Assembly (NCBI GenBank): GCA_036351155.1
Contig: JAZBOO010000010.1
Coordinates: 1 to 15,797 of the forward strand
Source: Candidatus Krumholzibacteriia bacterium
GTDB taxonomy: Bacteria; Krumholzibacteriota; Krumholzibacteriia; LZORAL124-64-63
DNA: 15,797 nt
Direction of reading: 5' to 3'
Below are positions 7,130-15,328 of this stretch, in pieces (positions within the stretch are counted from its first letter, which is position 1; every line of letters begins with the position of its first letter). Below the pieces are notes generated by a model that worked only from the letters and a program-made list of their open reading frames with translations, made no database searches and had not been told where the DNA came from. Made by a program: the position numbers and the translations under genes.

Positions 7130-9289
7130 TCAGCGCTTCCAGCCCGCCCGCATCTGTTTCACAAGCTCCTGGCCATCCATGGTGGGGGCCTGGCAGGTGC
7201 CGAAGCGGCACACATAGCCGGTCGATTTGCCTTCCATGGCCATTTTGCTCTGCAACGCGGGAGCCACCTCCACCAGTTCCTGGCTGGCTCCGGCTCCGGG
7301 CACCCGACTGACCACCGCACTGGCCGGCAGCAACGCCAGCACCGAGCGGGCCATGGCGTCGTCGTCTTCCGCAATCACCACATCGTAGAAGGGTCCAATC
7401 AGCTTGCGCGCCGCATCGAACCACCAGGCCATCTCGGGGCCCGCGCGGTCGAGCAGGTCGCTCACCTGATCCAGATTGGCCTTCGCCCGGTCCCGGTAGG
7501 TGCTCTCACCCGTCAAGGCGGAAAGCTTGATCAGGGTGTTGACCAGCACGCCGCTCCCGCTGGGCACCACGCTGTCGAAGTAGTCGACACGGCGGCCCAG
7601 GGGCGCCTCGCCCTCGGCGGGGGTCATGTAGTAGCCGCCCTCCGGACGGTCGAAGTGCGCCAGGGCATGATCGACCAGCTCCCGCGCCGCAGCCAGGTAA
7701 CGGACCTCGCCGCTGACCTGGTACAGCTCGACCAGTCCCTCGGCCAGGATGGTGTAGTCGTCCAGGATGCCTTCGCCCGACATCTGGCCTTCCGATGATG
7801 AGCGCCACAAAGAACCGTCAGCGCGTCGGTGCTCGGTCAGCAGGAAGTCGGCGGCCGCGCGTGCGGCCTCCAGGTACCGGTCCTGCCCCGACACCGCATA
7901 GCCCTGGGCCAGGGCGGTGATGGCCAGGCCATTCCAGGAGGTCACGATTTTGCGGTCCAGACCCGGCGGCGTGCGCTGGTCCCGCGTGTTGCGCAGGGCT
8001 TCCCGATGCTGGACAAACAAGCCCCCCAGCTCTTCAGCCGACCGGCCGGTGCTCTGGGCCAGAGCCGCCAGGTCAGCACGTCGGGTCAGCACACTGCGTC
8101 CCGTATGTTCGAAATTGCCCGTATCCGTGACCCCCAGCAAGGCGGCCAGGGCCGGCCCATCCTGGGTGCCCACCACCGCCGTGATCTCATCCCGGTTCCA
8201 GACGTAGTAGGTGCCCTCTTCACCCCCGCTGTCGGCATCGTAGCTGGCGAAGATGCCGCCCTTCTCGTCGCGCATCTCGCGCAGCAGGAAATCCAGAACA
8301 TCCAGGCCCGTGGCCTTGAGGTCGTCCCGCCCGAACACCACGCCGGCTTCCAGCATCAAGCTGGCCAGCTGGCCGTTGTCGTAAAGCATTTTTTCGAAGT
8401 GGGGGACCGTCCAGTCCACATCCACGGTGTACCGGTGAAAGCCGCCGCCCACGTGATCGTACAGCCCACCCTGGGCCATGGCCTGGCAGGTGTTCAATAT
8501 CATGTCGCCCAGTTCGCTTTTCCCGCCGAAACGATACTCGTGGAGCAGAAACCGCCATTTCACCGGCGTGGGGAACTTCTGGGCCTGCCGGAAACCGCCG
8601 TGCTGGGGGTCATAGCTTTCACCGGCCTGGTCCACGGCCGCCTCGATCATGGCCTTCTTGAATCCTTCACCCTCGCCCAGCAGCGCGCGCGACCCCTGGG
8701 TGATCTTGTCCGCCAGTTCATGGGCCTGGGCGGCCACCTCGTCGGGCTGGGTGCGGTACACCTCTTCGATCTTGCCGATCAATCCGAGAAAATGATCCTT
8801 GGGAAAGTAGGTGCCGCCGTAGAAGGGCTTCAGATCGGGAGTCAGGAAAACCGACATGGGCCAGCCGCCGCGTCCGGTCAGCATCTGCACCGCTTCCATG
8901 TACACCGCATCCAGGTCAGGCCGTTCCTCACGATCCACCTTGATGCAGATGAAGTGCTGGTTCAGGTAACTGGCCACATCGTCCTTCTCGAACACCTCGT
9001 GCTCCATGACATGGCACCAGTGACAGCTGCTGTAGCCGATCGACAGGAAGATGGGCTTGTTCTCGTCCCGCGACCGCTGCAGGGCCTCTTCGCCCCAGGG
9101 ATACCAGTCGATGGGGTTGTAGGCATGCTGCCGTAAATACAGCGAGGGCTGATCCACCAGGTGATTGCCCTGGCTGCGGATGGTGTCGAGGGATCGTTCC
9201 TGGGCCTGGGATTGGTTGGCGCTACTCATGAAAAAACCTGCCGTCAGGCTGAAGATGATGACCGCCTGGGATACAGAAATCCGATGCAT
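7130..9289 (-). CDS. yyaL: Thioredoxin domain-containing protein, YyaL/SPATA20 (DUF255) family
   Basis: Family motifs NHL...SLYLRQHAYNPIDWYPWGEEAL, SIGYSSCHWCHVME, IKVDREERPDLD, GGWP, GGTYFP, GGGFHRYTVD..W.VPHFEKMLYDN, DADS.GEEG.YYVW, D.KI.TSWNGL and C-terminal YVC...TC..P. The start could instead be the Met about 20 codons downstream. Confidence 0.93.
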   Translation of the reverse strand: MHRISVSQAVIIFSLTAGFFMSSANQSQAQERSLDTIRSQGNHLVDQPSLYLRQHAYNPIDWYPWGEEALQRSRDENKPIFLSIGYSSCHWCHVMEHEVFEKDDVASYLNQHFICIKVDREERPDLDAVYMEAVQMLTGRGGWPMSVFLTPDLKPFYGGTYFPKDHFLGLIGKIEEVYRTQPDEVAAQAHELADKITQGSRALLGEGEGFKKAMIEAAVDQAGESYDPQHGGFRQAQKFPTPVKWRFLLHEYRFGGKSELGDMILNTCQAMAQGGLYDHVGGGFHRYTVDVDWTVPHFEKMLYDNGQLASLMLEAGVVFGRDDLKATGLDVLDFLLREMRDEKGGIFASYDADSGGEEGTYYVWNRDEITAVVGTQDGPALAALLGVTDTGNFEHTGRSVLTRRADLAALAQSTGRSAEELGGLFVQHREALRNTRDQRTPPGLDRKIVTSWNGLAITALAQGYAVSGQDRYLEAARAAADFLLTEHRRADGSLWRSSSEGQMSGEGILDDYTILAEGLVELYQVSGEVRYLAAARELVDHALAHFDRPEGGYYMTPAEGEAPLGRRVDYFDSVVPSGSGVLVNTLIKLSALTGESTYRDRAKANLDQVSDLLDRAGPEMAWWFDAARKLIGPFYDVVIAEDDDAMARSVLALLPASAVVSRVPGAGASQELVEVAPALQSKMAMEGKSTGYVCRFGTCQAPTMDGQELVKQMRAGWKR

Positions 9290-9340
9290 GGGTGCCCCGC
9301 GGTCCTTCCAAAAAAAAGTGTACCACTATGGTAATGTTTT

Positions 9341-9349
9341 TGTTATCAT
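9341..9349 (+). promoter_or_regulatory. Putative extended -10 promoter (TGnTATCAT) for iscA
   Basis: TGTTATCAT in the AT-rich divergent intergenic region, with 7 nt between it and ATG 9357. Confidence 0.45.
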
Positions 9350-9356
9350 GCGCCAC

Positions 9357-9704
9357 ATGATCCACTTCACCGAGAGCACCCTGGCGGAATTGCGGCGCCG
9401 GGCGGGCCAGGACCCGTCTGCGGGTGCCGTGGTGCGCCTGGGCGTCAAGCCCGGAGGCTGCTCCGGGACCACCTATGTTCTGGAATTCACGGACCAGGCC
9501 CGGGCCCAGGACCAGACGGTGGCTCTGGGAGAGTTCGAGGTGGCCATTGCACCCCAGGATTTGCCGTTATTGACGGGGCTCGAGGTGGATTTTGTGGATT
9601 CCCTGGTGGGTGGGGGATTTCGCTTCAAGAACCCCAATGCGGCGCGGACCTGTGGCTGTGGGTCCTCGTTTCAGCCCCGCCAGGTGCCGGAAACCCTCGA
9701 CTGA
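9357..9704 (+). CDS. iscA: A-type iron-sulfur cluster carrier, IscA/HesB family
   Basis: 115 aa, MIHFTESTLAEL..., with the three conserved Cys in GGCSG and NPNA..TCGCGSSF. The ORF-track start at 9165 overlaps yyaL and is too far upstream; ATG 9348 is an alternative start. IscA, SufA and ErpA cannot be separated from the motifs alone. Confidence 0.9.
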   Translation: MIHFTESTLAELRRRAGQDPSAGAVVRLGVKPGGCSGTTYVLEFTDQARAQDQTVALGEFEVAIAPQDLPLLTGLEVDFVDSLVGGGFRFKNPNAARTCGCGSSFQPRQVPETLD

Positions 9705-9769
9705 GAACCTCTTTTCACGACAACAAGATCCGTATTGTCATCATCCCGCCCAAAAACCTCACTTTTCTA

Positions 9770-9798
9770 TTGTCAGAGACTTGTCATCCTTTTATTAT
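9770..9798 (+). promoter_or_regulatory. Putative sigma70 promoter of the act operon
   Basis: TTGTCA (9770-9775), a 17-nt spacer and TATTAT (9793-9798); each box matches the consensus at 5 of 6 positions. Confidence 0.65.
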
Positions 9799-9982
9799 CC
9801 CGGCCATAGAAGATTGAAAAACTCCAGGAATGCACCCAGCCCCTTGGCGGGGCTTTCCATGGAGTTTGCCCCGGGTCCGCCCGGGCTTTGCGTGTTGGTC
9901 CCGGCCGTTCGACCCCGGTGCCCGGCTTACTTGCCGCGCCGCGGGTGGTCATTTTTTCTCGATGACGAAGGGGGAGAGTCGC

Positions 9983-10693
9983 TTGGCTCCCGACAACCAC
10001 GACCTCAATCAGGGCCGAAACCCCGAAATCGACGACACCACAACCACCCAATTCGTTTTCCCCAAGTGGACCAACTGGCTGCGAGAGCTCTCGGCCGTGC
10101 TGGCACTGGGCGGATTGGTGTATGCCACGGTGTTGATCACGGGGGTCTTCTCCCCGGAAAACTCGGCCATCGGCTACGCCCCCGAACAACCGGTGCCCTA
10201 CAGCCACGCGCTGCACGCCGGAGATCTGGGCATCGATTGCCGTTACTGCCACACCGGGGTGGAAACCACGGCCAAGGCCACCATTCCCCCCACGGCAACT
10301 TGCATGAATTGCCACAGTTACATCAAAACGGAGAGCCCCAAGCTGGAACTCGTGCGTCAGAGCGCGGCCACCGGCGAGGCCATTCCCTGGGTCCGGGTCC
10401 ACGATCTGCCGGACTACGCCTACTTCAACCATGCCGGGCATATCCAGTCCGGGGTGGGCTGCGTCAGCTGCCACGGGCGGGTGGATCGCATGGAAGTGGT
10501 CGAACAGGTTGAAAAGCTGACCATGGGCTGGTGCCTGGAATGCCACCGTAGCCCCGAGGCCAATCTCCGGCCCAAGGAATTCGTCACGGTGATGGACTGG
10601 GAGCCGAGCGGCGATCCCGTCGAGGTGGGGGCCGAGCTGCGCCGCCAGCACGACATCAATCCCTCCACCGACTGTGCCACTTGCCACCGCTAG
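9983..10693 (+). CDS. actA: Alternative complex III subunit ActA, pentaheme cytochrome c
   Basis: QFVFPKWTN then one TM helix, GYAPEQPVPYSHALHAG, five CxxCH motifs (CRYCH, CMNCH, CVSCH, CLECH, CATCH) and W.RVHDLPDY.YFNH. The start is uncertain: TTG 9983 (after SD-like GGGGGAG) or ATG 9962. Confidence 0.93.
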   Translation: MAPDNHDLNQGRNPEIDDTTTTQFVFPKWTNWLRELSAVLALGGLVYATVLITGVFSPENSAIGYAPEQPVPYSHALHAGDLGIDCRYCHTGVETTAKATIPPTATCMNCHSYIKTESPKLELVRQSAATGEAIPWVRVHDLPDYAYFNHAGHIQSGVGCVSCHGRVDRMEVVEQVEKLTMGWCLECHRSPEANLRPKEFVTVMDWEPSGDPVEVGAELRRQHDINPSTDCATCHR

Positions 10694-10707
10694 GGAAGGT
10701 TTTGCGA

Positions 10708-13700
10708 ATGTCCGCATTCATGAACAATAGTCATGACGCCAAGGGAAAGAACTACTGGCGCTCCTTGCAGGAACTGGCCGACACGGACGAGTTCCGCGCC
10801 CAGCTGGAAAACGAGTTCCCCGGGGGCATCGAAGCTCCGGTGGACGGTTTTTCGCGGCGCCGCTTCCTGCAGATCATGTCCGCCAGCATCGCCCTGACCA
10901 CCCTGGCCGGTTGCCGGTATCCCAGCGAGGAAATCCTGCCCTTCGCCGAACGGCCCGAGGGCATGACTCCCGGCACACCCATGAAGTACGCCACCACCAT
11001 GGAGCTGGGGCCCGTGGCCCTGGGTGTGGTGGCCACCAGCTACGATGGCCGGCCCATCAAGGTGGATGGCAACCCCGATTTTCACCTGGCTGAAGGGGCC
11101 ACCAGTGCCTTTGCCCAGGCCAGCGTGCTGGATCTGTACGATCCGGACCGCAGCCAGTCGGTGATCCGTCGTCCTGGAACCGGGCAGAGCAAGAGCGACT
11201 GGGAAGCCTTCGGTTCCTTTGCCCAATCCCACTTCAAGGGCAACCTGAGCGGTGTGGCCATCTTGACCGAGATCACCACCTCGCCTTCGCACTGGGGACT
11301 TTTCGGTCAGGCCATGCAGCGGGGGGCCCAGGGCTATTTCTGGGAGCCGGTTTGCCGGGTCAACGAGGTTCAGGGCGCCCATCAGGCCTTCGGAACGGCC
11401 GCCAAGGTGCAGCTGGATCTGGATCAGGCCAAGGTCATTGTCGACTTCGAGGCCAACCTGCTCCAGGACCATCCCACCGCCCTGCGCAACAACCGCCAGT
11501 TCGCGGCCGGTCGCAAACCCGATCATGGCCACATGAACCGGCTTTACGTCTACGAGAACAGCTTCACCACCACCGGCGGCATGGCCGATCACCGGTTCCC
11601 CACCGCCAGCAGCGAGATCGGCTCGGCCGTCTGGGCCCTGGCCGCCGAACTGGTGATGGGTGAGGGTCTGGCTCTGCCCTACGGCGCGGGTCTGGACCGG
11701 GCCCAGCTGGCCCAGTGGCGCGGACACGCCGCCGGCGGCGAGCACATCGCTGCGGTGGCCAAGGACCTGATGGCCAACCAGGGTCACAGCGTCCTGCTGG
11801 CCGGCATGGGCCAGCCCGCCGAGGTGCATCACCTGATTCACGTGCTGAACAACGCCCTGGGCAACGCGGGCCACGCCATCAGCTACGTGCCCATGGAAAT
11901 GCCCGGCCTGGGCAACCTGAAGGATCTGGTCGGCGACCTGGACAGCGGCCGCATCCACACCCTGCTCATCCTGGGCGGCAACCCCGTTTACGATGCGCCG
12001 GTGGACCTGAAGTTCGACCAGGCCATGATGAGGGCCAAGACCCGCATCCACCTGGCGCACAACGACAACGCGACCAGCCGGAAGTGTACCTGGCATCTGC
12101 CCCGGGCCCACTATCTGGAAAGCTGGGGCGACGCCATGGCCTGGGACAACACCCGGCTGTCGGTGCAGCCCTTGATTGCCCCGCTGTTCGACGCCAAAAC
12201 GGCCACCGAGGTGATGAGCCTGATCCTGGAGGAGACGCCGCGGACCAGCTACCAGATCGCGCGCGACACTTTTGCGGGCGGCAAGGCTCCGGAAAACGAC
12301 AAGGGCTTCGAAAAGCGCTGGCGCAACTTCATCCACGATGGCTTCCTGAAGGACAGCGGACTGAAGCATGGACAGCCTCTGGCGCTGGCCGGTACGCCGG
12401 TTCAAGCTCCGCGCAAGGGCAAGGCCCTGGCGGCCGACCATCTCGAGGTGAGCTTTGCCCTGGATCAGTCTGTGTTCGATCGCCGTTTTGCCAACAACGC
12501 CTGGCTGCAGGAGATGCCCGATTTCATGACCAAGTTGACCTGGGACAATGCGGCCCTGGTCAGCCCTGCCGCCGCCGCCGAGCTGGCGGTCAAGCAGGGC
12601 GAGCTGGTCAACCTGGAAATGGGCGGACACAGCCTCACCTTGCCGGTCTACATCATGCCGGGCCAGGCCAGGTATTCCGTGTCCGTGGCCCTGGGCTACG
12701 GTCGCGACGATGCCGGCCGGGTGGGCGAGGGCGCCGGGTTCAACGCCAATCTGCTGCGCACCTGGGAGACCCGCGACTTCGGCGCCGGCGCCAGGCTGAC
12801 CGGCACGGGCAAGAGCTACAAGCTGGCCACCACCCAGGATCATCACGCCATCGACGCCTCGGGCGCCGCGGCCATCCAGGACCGTGTGCCCCAGCTGGTG
12901 CGCGAGGGCACCCTCGAGGACTACAACCAGTCACCCGAATTCGTGGACCACATGGGCATCCACCACCCGCCGCTGGAATCGCTCTGGAAAGAGAAGGAGT
13001 ACACCGGCTACAAGTGGGGCATGGCCATCGACCTGAACGTCTGCAACGGCTGCAACGCCTGCGTGGTGGGGTGCCAGGCCGAGAACAACGTGGCGGTGGT
13101 GGGCAAGGACGAGGTGTCGCGCGGCCGGGAAATGAGCTGGATCCGCCTGGACCGGTACTTCCTCGGCGACATGGAAAATCCCACGGTGAGCCAGCAGCCG
13201 GTGGGCTGCGTGCAATGCGAGATGGCTCCCTGCGAGCAGGTCTGTCCGGTGGCGGCCACCGTGCATACCGACGAGGGCCTGAACGCCATGGTGTACAACC
13301 GCTGCGTGGGCACCCGTTACTGCAGCAACAACTGCCCTTACAAGGTGCGTCGCTTCAACTGGTTCAACAATTTTGAGGACCTGACCACCACCGAGCGGCT
13401 GGTCCTGAACCCGGATGTGACCGTGCGGGCTCGCGGAGTCATGGAAAAGTGCACCTACTGCAATCAGCGGATCGAAGGCGCGCGCATCCAGGCTCGGGTC
13501 GAGGGACGCAAAATCCAGGACGGGGACATCGTACCCGCCTGCGCCCAGACCTGCCCGGTCAACGCGATCACCTTCGGCGACCTCAACGATCCCGACAGCA
13601 AGGTCAGCAAGCTGCGCGAAGACAGCCGCAGCTACGACCTGCTGGGTTACCTGAATATCAAGCCGCGGACCTTCTACATGGCGCGTCTGCGCAATCCCAA

Positions 13701-13833
13701 CCCCGAGATTTCGCCGGCGACCATGCACGACGGTGGTCATGGCGGCGGTCATGGCGGCGGACACGACGAGGGTCACGGGAACGAACATGGAAACGAGCAC
13801 GGTGAAAGCCACGAAGGCCATTCACACGGATAG
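10708..13833 (+). CDS. actB: Alternative complex III subunit ActB (TAT-exported molybdopterin-oxidoreductase-like domain fused to an Fe-S domain)
   Basis: YWRSL.EL N-terminus, twin-Arg signal SRRRFL...LAG-C, GRPIKVDGNP, LYDPDRS, ANNAWLQE.PD..TKLTWDN. Fe-S motifs CNGCNACVVGC, CVQCEMAPCEQVCP, CVGTRYCSNNCPY (3Fe-4S type) and CTYC...ACAQTCP. ATG 10708 follows AGGGAAGG. Confidence 0.95.
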   Translation: MSAFMNNSHDAKGKNYWRSLQELADTDEFRAQLENEFPGGIEAPVDGFSRRRFLQIMSASIALTTLAGCRYPSEEILPFAERPEGMTPGTPMKYATTMELGPVALGVVATSYDGRPIKVDGNPDFHLAEGATSAFAQASVLDLYDPDRSQSVIRRPGTGQSKSDWEAFGSFAQSHFKGNLSGVAILTEITTSPSHWGLFGQAMQRGAQGYFWEPVCRVNEVQGAHQAFGTAAKVQLDLDQAKVIVDFEANLLQDHPTALRNNRQFAAGRKPDHGHMNRLYVYENSFTTTGGMADHRFPTASSEIGSAVWALAAELVMGEGLALPYGAGLDRAQLAQWRGHAAGGEHIAAVAKDLMANQGHSVLLAGMGQPAEVHHLIHVLNNALGNAGHAISYVPMEMPGLGNLKDLVGDLDSGRIHTLLILGGNPVYDAPVDLKFDQAMMRAKTRIHLAHNDNATSRKCTWHLPRAHYLESWGDAMAWDNTRLSVQPLIAPLFDAKTATEVMSLILEETPRTSYQIARDTFAGGKAPENDKGFEKRWRNFIHDGFLKDSGLKHGQPLALAGTPVQAPRKGKALAADHLEVSFALDQSVFDRRFANNAWLQEMPDFMTKLTWDNAALVSPAAAAELAVKQGELVNLEMGGHSLTLPVYIMPGQARYSVSVALGYGRDDAGRVGEGAGFNANLLRTWETRDFGAGARLTGTGKSYKLATTQDHHAIDASGAAAIQDRVPQLVREGTLEDYNQSPEFVDHMGIHHPPLESLWKEKEYTGYKWGMAIDLNVCNGCNACVVGCQAENNVAVVGKDEVSRGREMSWIRLDRYFLGDMENPTVSQQPVGCVQCEMAPCEQVCPVAATVHTDEGLNAMVYNRCVGTRYCSNNCPYKVRRFNWFNNFEDLTTTERLVLNPDVTVRARGVMEKCTYCNQRIEGARIQARVEGRKIQDGDIVPACAQTCPVNAITFGDLNDPDSKVSKLREDSRSYDLLGYLNIKPRTFYMARLRNPNPEISPATMHDGGHGGGHGGGHDEGHGNEHGNEHGESHEGHSHG

Positions 13834-13858
13834 CAGACCTGGAACTGGAGTCTGAAGT

Positions 13859-15328
13859 ATGAAACAGTCGGTCCATGACCCTCTGAACAACACGAGCGAT
13901 GATCCCACCAGGCCGGTGGAACTGATCCTCGGGAACAATGATCTGACTTCCATCACCGAGAAGGTGTCGGACATTGTCCTGGAGAAGAAGACGCCCACGG
14001 CCTGGTATATCGCGATCACCTTCTTTGCCGGACTGACGGGCATCCTCTTCTTGATGATCGCCTGGCTGTTCATCAAGGGTGTGGGTGTGTGGGGTTTGAA
14101 CAATCCTGTCGGCTGGGGCTGGGCCATCGTGAACTTCGTGTTCTGGGTGGGTATCGGTCACGCGGGCACGTTGATCTCGGCCATCCTGTTCCTGCTGCGG
14201 CAGAAGTGGCGGACCAGCATCAACCGCTTTGCCGAGGCCATGACCATCTTCGCGGTGATCTGCGCCGGGATTTTCCCGGGCATTCACGTGGGTCGTGTCT
14301 GGGTGGTGTACTGGCTGTTCCCCATTCCCAACTACCATGCCATGTGGCCCAATTTCCGCAGCCCTCTCCTGTGGGACGTGTTTGCCGTGGGCACCTACGC
14401 CACGGTGTCGCTGCTGTTCTGGTACACCGGCATGGTGCCCGATCTGGCCACCCTGCGTGATCGCGCCAAGGGCCGGGTGCAGCAGATCATCTACAGGGCC
14501 TTGGCCCTGGGCTGGCGCGGGAGCCATCGCCACTGGCACCGCTACGAGAAGGCCTATCTGTTGCTGGCCGGTCTGGCCACCCCGCTGGTGCTTTCGGTGC
14601 ACTCGGTGGTGTCGTTCGACTTCGCCACCAGCCAGCTGCCCGGCTGGCACACCACCATCTTCCCGCCCTACTTCGTGGCGGGTGCCGTGTTCTCTGGTTT
14701 TGCCATGGTGGGCACCCTGCTCATTCCGGCGCGGCAGTGGTTTGGTCTCAAGGAGATCATCACGCTGCACCACCTCGAGAACATGAACAAGATCATCCTG
14801 GCCACCGGTTCCATGGTCGGATTCGCCTACGCCACGGAGTTTTTCATCGCCTGGTACGGCGGCAACCCCTACGAGAGCTTCGCCTTCGTGAACCGGGCCT
14901 TCGGTCCCTACGCCTGGGCCTACTGGATCATGGTGGGCTGCAACGTGATCACCCCGCAGCTGTTCTGGTCCAAGAAAATCAGGACCAACATCGGCATCAT
15001 GTGGGTCATGTACATCTTCGTGAACATCGGCATGTGGTTCGAGCGTTTCGTGATCACGGTGACCTCGCTTAGCCGCGACTTCCTGCCCTCGAGCTGGGCC
15101 TACTACGAGCCCACCCTGGTGGATATCCTGACCTTCGTGGGCAGCTTCGGGCTGTTCTTCACCCTGGTTCTGCTGTTCATCCGGTTCCTGCCCATGATTG
15201 CCATGGCGGAGGTCAAGACGGTGATGCCCATTGCCGACGCCCACAGCGGCGAGCGGCGCTCGGTGGGCGACTATCACGGTGACATCCCCAAGCACGTGCG
15301 CGACGGTGAAAAAGGAGGGAGCCGCTGA
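13859..15328 (+). CDS. actC: Alternative complex III subunit ActC (NrfD/PsrC-family quinol-binding membrane subunit)
   Basis: [93 protein letters not shown] and [11 protein letters not shown] motifs; many TM segments. Confidence 0.96.
   Translation: MKQSVHDPLNNTSDDPTRPVELILGNNDLTSITEKVSDIVLEKKTPTAWYIAITFFAGLTGILFLMIAWLFIKGVGVWGLNNPVGWGWAIVNFVFWVGIGHAGTLISAILFLLRQKWRTSINRFAEAMTIFAVICAGIFPGIHVGRVWVVYWLFPIPNYHAMWPNFRSPLLWDVFAVGTYATVSLLFWYTGMVPDLATLRDRAKGRVQQIIYRALALGWRGSHRHWHRYEKAYLLLAGLATPLVLSVHSVVSFDFATSQLPGWHTTIFPPYFVAGAVFSGFAMVGTLLIPARQWFGLKEIITLHHLENMNKIILATGSMVGFAYATEFFIAWYGGNPYESFAFVNRAFGPYAWAYWIMVGCNVITPQLFWSKKIRTNIGIMWVMYIFVNIGMWFERFVITVTSLSRDFLPSSWAYYEPTLVDILTFVGSFGLFFTLVLLFIRFLPMIAMAEVKTVMPIADAHSGERRSVGDYHGDIPKHVRDGEKGGSR

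Noticed and set aside
9165..9356. N-terminal extension of IscA in the ORF track
   Set aside because: Overlaps the start of yyaL on the opposite strand and the AT-rich promoter region. Family similarity begins at MIHFT.
9830..9982. N-terminal extension of ActA from ATG 9830
   Set aside because: Pro/Arg-rich, unlike ActA, and it overlaps the structured leader. Better starts exist at 9962 and 9983.
10708..12900. ActB N-terminal region as an active molybdoenzyme
   Set aside because: The context and motifs identify it as the ActB B1 domain, which is known to lack a molybdopterin cofactor.
11715..13376. 553-aa same-strand alternative-frame ORF inside actB
   Set aside because: Arg/Gly/Pro/Ala-rich composition typical of off-frame GC-rich sequence. 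actB is continuous, so no frameshift is needed.
13735..13830. Short 12-bp repeats as a CRISPR array or mobile repeat
   Set aside because: They are in-frame coding repeats of the His tail, with no spacers and no cas genes.
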